Assembly (NCBI GenBank): GCA_024278215.1
Contig: JAJRTR010000069.1
Location: 1 to 33,264, forward strand
Source of the DNA: a bacterium
GTDB lineage: Bacteria > UBP15 > UBA6099 > JAJRTR01
Direction: 5' to 3'
Length of the DNA stretch: 33,264 nucleotides
The notes beneath the pieces are model-generated. The model had not been told where the DNA came from. It did not search any database and saw nothing but the letters and a program-made list of their open reading frames with translations. Every line of letters begins with the position of its first letter. The stretch's first letter is position 1. The position numbers and the translations under genes are program-made. Positions 26,270 through 33,264 of this stretch are shown here, one piece after another.

Positions 26270-27253
26270 TTGAAAAGTTTAAAGATTACAGTTTTTATGC
26301 TGATTATGTTGATTTCATTTTCAGCCAACGTCCATGCGGCAGGCGATGTGCCGGGCAATATCCAGTTGCGATTACTTACGGCGAATATCGGCAATGCCGA
26401 CTTTATGAACTGCGGCGACTACTTTTTTAAGCTGTGCCTCAACGCGAGGGAGAAGTCGCTGCGAAAAAACATAGCGGCGCTGGATGCGGATATTATTCTC
26501 CTGCAGGAAGTTTTCGATGTGAAATGGTGCGAACAACTTCCCAAAGAAAAAAACAGGAAAAAAGTCTGCTACAGGTATTCTGAAAGAAAGATCAGGGATC
26601 AGTCGAGAAGGCTGCTCGGTCCGGATTACACTATTGTCTGCGATTCGAGGAGCCACTTTGAATGTATCGGCGTGCGAAAGGATTTTGCCGCAGTCAAAGG
26701 CTGTGAGCCCGGTGCGCTGTGCCGCGACAGGGGAAGCATCACGCACGATGTGCCCGAAGAATGCGATCCTAAAGCTGTTGTGTTCGGAATCGACATTGAT
26801 ATCGACGGATATAAGCTGCGAATTGTGGACGGACATCCCGCCGCCACCGGAGAGGAGTGCCGTGCCGAGGAAGTGCGGCGCATGTTCGAGGGCTATGGCG
26901 ATGTGCCGCCGCTTGCCGCCGCGGATTATCCTACAATTATCACCGGCGACATGAACCTCGACCCATACCGCGACCTTCCCGAAAGTCCGGACATAGTAAA
27001 CTGGCACGCCCATGTTGGTGAAGGCAAGCCGTTTTATTATCTCAGCGGCATCGCCGAGTCCGACCCTCCGCTTCAGACGTGCGCCGGAAGGTCCATCGAC
27101 CAGGTCATTACCAACTTCGCGACAGGCACGTGCGTGACGCTCGGCGAGGCGTCCGGCACTGTGCGGCTCGACGGCGAAAAGACAAGCAAAGCCATTATAG
27201 ACGCCAACGACCACAGGGCGATACTGTGCGATATCATCCTGCCGGGAAAGTAA
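26270..27253 (+). CDS. Secreted Cys-rich endonuclease/exonuclease/phosphatase (EEP) family protein
   Basis: Signal peptide (VHA-A); LLTANI, ADIILLQEV, GHP, ITGDMN, IDQV, NDH motifs; 13 Cys. Confidence 0.85.
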   Translation: MKSLKITVFMLIMLISFSANVHAAGDVPGNIQLRLLTANIGNADFMNCGDYFFKLCLNAREKSLRKNIAALDADIILLQEVFDVKWCEQLPKEKNRKKVCYRYSERKIRDQSRRLLGPDYTIVCDSRSHFECIGVRKDFAAVKGCEPGALCRDRGSITHDVPEECDPKAVVFGIDIDIDGYKLRIVDGHPAATGEECRAEEVRRMFEGYGDVPPLAAADYPTIITGDMNLDPYRDLPESPDIVNWHAHVGEGKPFYYLSGIAESDPPLQTCAGRSIDQVITNFATGTCVTLGEASGTVRLDGEKTSKAIIDANDHRAILCDIILPGK

Positions 27254-27285
27254 AATATCTTTCACAGACGCGACGGGAGCAGAAT

Positions 27286-28734
27286 ATGAAAAAGTTGAAA
27301 GTGGGCATCGTCAGTTTCACGGACCCGAGGGCGGTCAGGGGGATCGACGAGATAAACAGGTCTAATATCGCCGCGCAGAACAGGCTGTCCGCGTCTCTCC
27401 GAAAAGAAGGAGTCACTTGTATCGTTCCGCTTAAGGCTTCATGTGTGGACGGAAAGAAAACCGCAGAAGTTGCTATCCGTAAATTTCTTTCGCAGGATGT
27501 GGACGCGCTTGTTTTCGGTTGCTGGAAGTGGACAGACCCGATGCTGGCTGTGGACATAGCGCGCCGCGTCGATAAACCGATATTGCTGTACGGAGACAAC
27601 AATGAGGCAAGCACGCCGCTCGGGTGCATCGCGGCCGTCGGCGCTGCACTGTGGGAAATTGCCCCGACTTATAATGCCGCGAGCCATGCACGAATCGTCG
27701 GCGATTTTCAGGAAACGGCAGCATGGGCACGCGGTGTGGGTGCGGTTTCGATGCTGCGAAAGCAGTCCCTGCTGCTGTGGGGCGGTTCGTACTGTCTGAA
27801 AATGCCGCATCTCGAGGACGATCCTTCCGCGCTGAAGTCGTTCCTTGTCGGCGATATTCTAACGGAAGACCAATACTTCCTGATCGACGGAGCTGAAAAA
27901 ATACTTAGAAGTGGAAAAAAGCGAATAGCTGATTTCATAAACTGGCTAAAAAATGGGGGGACGACAATAGAATACGACGGTGGCTGCGCGACGGCGGTGA
28001 ATCTGAAGCGCCAGGTTGCCCTCTATCTTTCCGCCCGCGACAGGCTTGTCGAGCTCGAGGCGGAAAACATCGGCGGCGTGTCGATAAAATGCCAGCCTGC
28101 CCTGTCGGAGCGATACGGGGTCACCGGTTGCCTGCTGCCCGCGTTTATCCCGTTCGGCGAAGATTCGGAGGGGCCGCGCGACGCGCTCCCGACCGTATGC
28201 GAGGGCGATATCAAGGGACTCGTTTCCAGCATGCTGCTCAGGAACATCGCGGGTGGCACGCCCCCCGGCTTCGGCGACATAAGACATGTGCGGCAGGACG
28301 GCAGGCTGCAACTGCTTGTGTCCAATTGCGGCGCGGCGTCCGCGCATTATGCTGATGTTTCGGGGTCAACGCGGGACAAGCTGTCGCGCATAAAACTGAA
28401 AGCGCAGTGCCAGGGCGCGGGCGGATGTGCGGTCGGTTACTCGGGACCGGGGTTCGGCGCTGCCACACTTGCCCGCCTGATACGATGCGAGGGCGAATAT
28501 ATTATGCAGTATGTCGTAGGAGAATCGATAGATATTTCCGATGAAACCGCGGGCAGGCTGGGCTGGGGCGATATGTGGCCGCTGTCTCTTTTCGACATCA
28601 ATCTTGATATTGCTGACTTCGCGTCACGAATGGGCAGCAACCATTACAGTTTTGTGCCCGGTGATTACGGGAGCGAGTTGATATACGCATGCCGTGCGGC
28701 GGGAATAAAGACCGAAGACCTGGGTTCGTTGTGA
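27286..28734 (+). CDS. L-fucose isomerase-like sugar isomerase
   Basis: VGIVSFTDPR start (ATG 27286 after GGGAG; the ORF-track extension overlaps the EEP gene), IKCQP.LS, CEGDIKG, FGDIR, NCG, TLARL, WP, GSNH. Confidence 0.85.
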   Translation: MKKLKVGIVSFTDPRAVRGIDEINRSNIAAQNRLSASLRKEGVTCIVPLKASCVDGKKTAEVAIRKFLSQDVDALVFGCWKWTDPMLAVDIARRVDKPILLYGDNNEASTPLGCIAAVGAALWEIAPTYNAASHARIVGDFQETAAWARGVGAVSMLRKQSLLLWGGSYCLKMPHLEDDPSALKSFLVGDILTEDQYFLIDGAEKILRSGKKRIADFINWLKNGGTTIEYDGGCATAVNLKRQVALYLSARDRLVELEAENIGGVSIKCQPALSERYGVTGCLLPAFIPFGEDSEGPRDALPTVCEGDIKGLVSSMLLRNIAGGTPPGFGDIRHVRQDGRLQLLVSNCGAASAHYADVSGSTRDKLSRIKLKAQCQGAGGCAVGYSGPGFGAATLARLIRCEGEYIMQYVVGESIDISDETAGRLGWGDMWPLSLFDINLDIADFASRMGSNHYSFVPGDYGSELIYACRAAGIKTEDLGSL

Positions 28735-28759
28735 TATTGCTTTTCAGGGACACAGAGAG

Positions 28760-30856
28760 TCAGCGCCCTATGATCAGATCGCACTGTGAGTAAGCTTTCA
28801 GGAAATAGCCTTTCCATGGTGACATCTGTTCGGCTGCGGAATATGAGTCGCCGTCGTACTCATAGATTTTACCGCTGGTGATTCCTTCATCGACGGCCTG
28901 AGAGAGTGTGTATGTCTGTCCACTGCATGAGAATGTAATGTTGTCGCTCCAGGCGAGCGATGTTTCGTAGGGGTTGCCCACGAGGTTCCAGCCTTTGCGC
29001 AGCGGCACGCTGATTTGAGCGGCGACGGGAACACCCTGGATATCTATTTCGGTATTGTCGGCGACATGCACCCAGTAGCCGATGCCGGCCTGTATGTCGG
29101 CGCTTTCGGCAGGGTAGAATTTGCCGTCGAAGAACTGGAACACGTCGAGCAGAGGAAGGTCGTCGCCGAGTTGTTCAAGTGCGCTGGTGATCTCCGGTTC
29201 GAGCGGCACGCTGATAAGGCTCCAGCCTGGTTCGAGGGTTTTCGTCAGGGTCACCTGGCCCTCTTCGTTGTAGAGTTTTACGACTTCGATGCGGAAATCC
29301 GTTTCGCTTACGCCGCCTGCGGGCGCTATGTATGAATAGCTGCTCTGGGCCGACATGTCGACTCGGTCTCCATTGCTGATATTCACCAGTGTGAATGAGA
29401 ATCTGTCTGAAGGAATCGCTGAAGAGTCCCATGAGAGAGTGACGAGTTTGCCTGCTTCGGTGGTTTCCACCTTCATCGTCCATTCCTGCCTGTCGCCTGT
29501 TCTGCGGGCAAGGGGTCTTATGTCGGCGGAATAGTTACCCGGGTGTTTCGACCAGTTTTCCCTGGGGAAGTAGACGGAGGTGTATCTGGAGTGGAGAGTA
29601 GCCAGTGGCTCGGGGGAATCGCCCGGGTCGAATTCCACAGCAGATCGACCGGCGGAGCCGATGAAATTGTAGAGGTCGGCGGTATCGTCCGTGCGTGCGG
29701 AAATATTTATTTTGTAGTCCTCGACAGGCCTTACGATGCGAGCCATGGGTCTCGAGGCTGCTTTGTTGATGTCGAAAATAAGATCGGCGGATTCCCAGGC
29801 GTATACGAGGCAGCCCACCCCGGATTCCATTATGTCGAATTCGCCGCGTGGCACCCACGATTCAGTGCCGCTCGCGGCATCGTTGTCGTAGTTCCAGAAA
29901 GTCGAGTTGATGATTCCCGCGGAGCCTGCTTCTTCCATGCTGTATGTTGTCCCGCCTGATTCCACGGCGACGTTGCCCCATATATAATCCTCGTCATAAG
30001 GCGAGCTTATCTGGTTCCAGCCGGGTTTGATGGAAATTGTATAATCGGCGGTTGTTTCCGTCGGGTGCGCGTTGTACGAATAGTCGATGTCACTGTTGAA
30101 AGCTCTTATCCAGAACCCGTCGCCGGGCGCGAGTGATTCGGGTGAATAATATTTTTTCAGTTCCTGGGTTTCTTCGAGTTCGGGGTCCCATCTGAATATC
30201 TTAAAGTCGTTGGACGCGCCGAAAATCGTCAGCGGATCAGCCGGATCGGGTTGTGCGCTCATGCCCATAAAAATCCATTCGAGCTTCGGGATATTGCCGG
30301 AGATGGTTATCGAGTGGTCGATGTTGATTGCCACAGATCCGGTGGCAGTGTTGCCGCGCCCGTCCACTGCGACGATATACACGGAGTACGCGCCTGAATA
30401 GTCGGTTGTGTCGACCTGCGCGAAGGTGTGTCCGGCGACATTGCCTGAGCCGGAAGTGAGTGATTCGAGGAAATCCGGGTCGGAGTTGTCAGTGGGGGCG
30501 AGGTATATTGTCCACTGTGTGTCCGTCCGGTCATAGGCTGTGCCGATGACATCGAAAGTGCCTGATTGAGTGGAGAAAGCTATGGGGTTGGTGAGGTCGA
30601 CGCTGGGCGGCAGTTCGTCGATGACGCCCATGAATCCGTTGACGAGAGAGTAGGTGGTGGAAGTCAGCGCGTTGTTGTCCGCGGACTGGCCGATGGAAGA
30701 ATAGAGCGACATGTCGCCGGCTGTGCTTACACCGCCGCGCGAGTTTAGCGCGTCCATCATTATCTCGTAGTCTCCAGCCGTTTTCGGCACTGATGCCATT
30801 GCAAAGGCCGGGCACAGGATAAAACCCATTATAAATGTTATCAGCTTACGCATCAT
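28760..30856 (-). CDS. Secreted beta-rich surface protein with two duplicated GWN/PY modules
   Basis: Signal peptide (AMA-S; likely start ATG 30856 after AAAGG); N-terminal GG.S....L..SIGQ......Y.L..GF module; Ig-like domain; PGWNQISSPY, PGWSLISVP, KGWNLVGNPY. Confidence 0.8.
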   Translation of the reverse strand: MMRKLITFIMGFILCPAFAMASVPKTAGDYEIMMDALNSRGGVSTAGDMSLYSSIGQSADNNALTSTTYSLVNGFMGVIDELPPSVDLTNPIAFSTQSGTFDVIGTAYDRTDTQWTIYLAPTDNSDPDFLESLTSGSGNVAGHTFAQVDTTDYSGAYSVYIVAVDGRGNTATGSVAINIDHSITISGNIPKLEWIFMGMSAQPDPADPLTIFGASNDFKIFRWDPELEETQELKKYYSPESLAPGDGFWIRAFNSDIDYSYNAHPTETTADYTISIKPGWNQISSPYDEDYIWGNVAVESGGTTYSMEEAGSAGIINSTFWNYDNDAASGTESWVPRGEFDIMESGVGCLVYAWESADLIFDINKAASRPMARIVRPVEDYKINISARTDDTADLYNFIGSAGRSAVEFDPGDSPEPLATLHSRYTSVYFPRENWSKHPGNYSADIRPLARRTGDRQEWTMKVETTEAGKLVTLSWDSSAIPSDRFSFTLVNISNGDRVDMSAQSSYSYIAPAGGVSETDFRIEVVKLYNEEGQVTLTKTLEPGWSLISVPLEPEITSALEQLGDDLPLLDVFQFFDGKFYPAESADIQAGIGYWVHVADNTEIDIQGVPVAAQISVPLRKGWNLVGNPYETSLAWSDNITFSCSGQTYTLSQAVDEGITSGKIYEYDGDSYSAAEQMSPWKGYFLKAYSQCDLIIGR

Positions 30857-30977
30857 TTCAGACACCTTTTTGTCGCTTTCATTATTTACAATTCAAGTTC
30901 CGGGCCGTGGCACTGGAACGATAATATTTTATCCCCGGTTCGACAATAACAATTCCATAAATAACCGATACCTCAAA

Positions 30978-33263
30978 TTACTTCTCGCCGAGTTTCTTAA
31001 GCAGTTCGTCGATGAGCGCTTTTTGTTCGTCGAGCATTTTCTGCTGGTTGTCGATCTGTTCCTGCTGGGCCTGCATGGCGGCCATGATCATTCCGATGGA
31101 GTTGGTGGTTGAAATAGTCTTGCCTTCCTTGCCTGCCAGTATCTCGGGCGAATCTTCAGCAATGAGACCTATGTACTCCGTGCTGTCTGATTTCTTGTAT
31201 TTGAAGTTGACGATGTCGAGAGAATTAAGCGTTTTAAGCATCCTGCGGCGATCATCTCTTGTGAGCGATTTTATGTCTTTCTTGAGATAGCGCGAAGAAC
31301 AGACCGACATGTTGCCGCCGCTGTCCATTTTCGCGCCGCAGTCGGTGTTGATGTAATTGCCGGAGCCGTTGGTTTCAAGATAGAGCACATCCGCGCTGTT
31401 GCCGGCATTGTCTATCTGGAACGCACCGGCTCTGCCTGTTCCAAGCATTTTAATGTAAGCAGTCGTCGAGGCGTTAGACGTGTTCGTGCTTTCTATCAAC
31501 ACGGCCTCGGCTGTTCCCGCGCTACCGATATATACGGATGTTGTAGCCTGGGATGTATTGGTAGATTCGATCCATGCTGCGCTATCCGTTCCCGATTGGG
31601 ATACTTCGAGCATTGAAGCGGTATTATCGGCTCCGGATATAGTAGTGGGACCGGCGATACTAGCGGTTGCCGCCGCCACGCCGCTCGCCGAGACAAGATC
31701 ACCCGTCGCGGTAATAGTGCCGCTGGCAAATATGTTGCCCGCATTGTCAACGACGAACATGAGACTGCCGCCGCTGTTCATTTCCATGATGTTGCCGATG
31801 CCCATCTGCTGAGCGAAAATGACCGGCATGCCGTTTGAAACGTTCTTGTTTTCCGCGTATATCGCCATATATGCCGGGTTTTCCTGGTAAACATTGAACG
31901 TGTTTGTGGCCGCACTGTTATATATCCCGAGTGCGCCGTTCATCTCGTCGCCTGTGTCATAGACGATGCCATTGCCTGTGATCGTGCCGCTGGCAAACAG
32001 GTTGCCGCTGGAGTCGACGACGAACATGAGACTGCCGCCAGTGCCCATTTCCACGAGGTCGCCGGTACCCATCTGCTGAGCGAAAATGACCGGCATATTG
32101 CTGCTCGCGTTCGTGTTTTCAGCGTATATAGCCGAGTAAGTGGGGTCTGACTGGTAAACATTGAGCGTGTTTGTGGCGGCGTTATTCCATATCCCGAGGG
32201 CACCGTTCATCTCGTCGCCTGTGTCATAGACGATGCCATTGCCTGTGATCGTGCCGCTGGCAAACAGGTTGCCGCTGGAGTCGACGACGAACATGAGACT
32301 GCCGCCGGTGCCCATTTCCACGAGGTCGCCGGTGCCCATCTGCTGAGCGAAAATGACCGGCATATTGCTGCTCGCGTTCGTGTTTTCAGCGTATATGGCC
32401 GAGAATGTCGGGTCCGCCTGGTAAACATTGAGCGTGTTTGTGGCGGCGTTATTCCATATCCCGAGGGCACCGCTCATCTCGTCGCCGGTGTCATAGACAA
32501 TGCCATTTCCTGTGATCGTACCGCTGGCAAACAGGCTGCCGCTGGAGTCGACGACGAACATGAGACTGCCGCCGGTGCCCATTTCCACGAGGTCGCCGGT
32601 ACCCATCTGCTGAGCGAAAATGACCGGCATATTGCTGGATGCGTCCGAGTTTTCAGCGTATATGGCCGAGAATGTCGGGTCCGCCTGGTAAACATTGAGC
32701 GTGTTTGTGGCGGCGTTATTCCATATCCCGAGGGCACCGCTCATCTCGTCGCCGGTTGTCTGCACTCCGCTTAAGCCCGTAAGCCCCGAGCCGTCTCCGG
32801 TGAAGACTGTGGCATTTACTGTACCGCTTGCATATACGTTGCCACTTGTGTCAACAACGAACTGCGGACTCGAACTCGACCAGAACCTGATGAAGTTACC
32901 ACTACTGTAGTTCTCAATATAAAGCGAATCGGTCGCCGTATCGGCATTGATCGTCAGTGAACCCGACATCGTGTCGCCGATCAACGCCACTTTCGAGTTG
33001 TCTGTCGCGCTGATGCCCGTAAGCTGCGAGCCGTCTCCGATGAAATATCCTGCATTGATAGAACCAGTGACATCGAGTCCGCCTGTGATTGCGACCGAGC
33101 CGCTGGCGCTTATCGCGTAGCCCGCGCCGTCGTTGTTTTCCACATAGAAAGTGTCTGTCGATGTATCAAAATAAATATTAAGCGGGCCGGTCATCGTGTC
33201 GCCTGTCGTCGCGACACCACCGCCCGCGCTGATGCCCGTGAGTTGCGAGCCGTCGCCGATAAA
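30978..33263 (-). CDS. Tail-fibre-like repeat protein with C-terminal intramolecular chaperone (peptidase S74); 5' end outside window
   Basis: Frame stays open past ATG 33194 to the window edge (FIGDGSQLTGISAGGGVATTGDT); F.GDGS.LTG motifs; SSRYLKKDI...F.YK...IGLIAED.PE followed by a coiled coil. Confidence 0.88.
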   Translation of the reverse strand, partial: FIGDGSQLTGISAGGGVATTGDTMTGPLNIYFDTSTDTFYVENNDGAGYAISASGSVAITGGLDVTGSINAGYFIGDGSQLTGISATDNSKVALIGDTMSGSLTINADTATDSLYIENYSSGNFIRFWSSSSPQFVVDTSGNVYASGTVNATVFTGDGSGLTGLSGVQTTGDEMSGALGIWNNAATNTLNVYQADPTFSAIYAENSDASSNMPVIFAQQMGTGDLVEMGTGGSLMFVVDSSGSLFASGTITGNGIVYDTGDEMSGALGIWNNAATNTLNVYQADPTFSAIYAENTNASSNMPVIFAQQMGTGDLVEMGTGGSLMFVVDSSGNLFASGTITGNGIVYDTGDEMNGALGIWNNAATNTLNVYQSDPTYSAIYAENTNASSNMPVIFAQQMGTGDLVEMGTGGSLMFVVDSSGNLFASGTITGNGIVYDTGDEMNGALGIYNSAATNTFNVYQENPAYMAIYAENKNVSNGMPVIFAQQMGIGNIMEMNSGGSLMFVVDNAGNIFASGTITATGDLVSASGVAAATASIAGPTTISGADNTASMLEVSQSGTDSAAWIESTNTSQATTSVYIGSAGTAEAVLIESTNTSNASTTAYIKMLGTGRAGAFQIDNAGNSADVLYLETNGSGNYINTDCGAKMDSGGNMSVCSSRYLKKDIKSLTRDDRRRMLKTLNSLDIVNFKYKKSDSTEYIGLIAEDSPEILAGKEGKTISTTNSIGMIMAAMQAQQEQIDNQQKMLDEQKALIDELLKKLGEK
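31701..32756 (-). repeat. Intragenic 267-bp (89-aa) tandem repeat, three near-identical units plus one diverged unit
   Basis: TGDEM unit starts at 32756, 32489, 32222 and 31955 (exact 267-nt period). Confidence 0.97.
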
Positions 33264-33264
33264 A

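Noticed and set aside
27079-27285. N-terminal extension of the isomerase ORF
   Set aside because: Overlaps the EEP gene in another frame, is Arg-rich, and a good RBS plus ATG exists at 27286.
31940-32737. Three repeated 87-aa ORFs
   Set aside because: Alternative-frame shadows of the 267-bp repeats in the fibre gene.
30978-33264. Prophage
   Set aside because: No capsid, terminase, integrase or lysis genes in the window; sequence beyond the right edge is unseen.

Overview
Bacterial chromosomal window (moderately GC-rich, standard code) with no prophage, CRISPR array, rRNA/tRNA or transposase. Left: a heat-shock cluster hrcA-dnaJ-rsmE (minus strand). hrcA is full length but broken by one in-frame TAA, and it sits back-to-back with an HspR-like MerR regulator fused to a receiver domain. 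Middle: a conserved uncharacterised protein, aspartate kinase, an 811-aa lipoprotein carrying an apparently inactivated beta-keto acid cleavage enzyme (BKACE/Kce) barrel between an IPT/TIG domain and a beta-propeller, a GH13 glycosidase, TctA/TctB without TctC, a GT2-membrane protein-SDR group, a large secreted FGE-domain protein and a YhaO/YhaN (SbcD/SbcC-like) pair. Right: a secreted EEP-family hydrolase, an L-fucose isomerase-like enzyme, and a phage-tail-fibre-like protein (267-bp tandem repeats, peptidase S74 chaperone) paired with a secreted protein. Many intergenic spacers hold modular MITE/REP-like palindromic repeats from at least two dispersed families, one of which supplies the stop codon of the GH13 gene. 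All protein calls come from motif recognition by eye; no database search was run.
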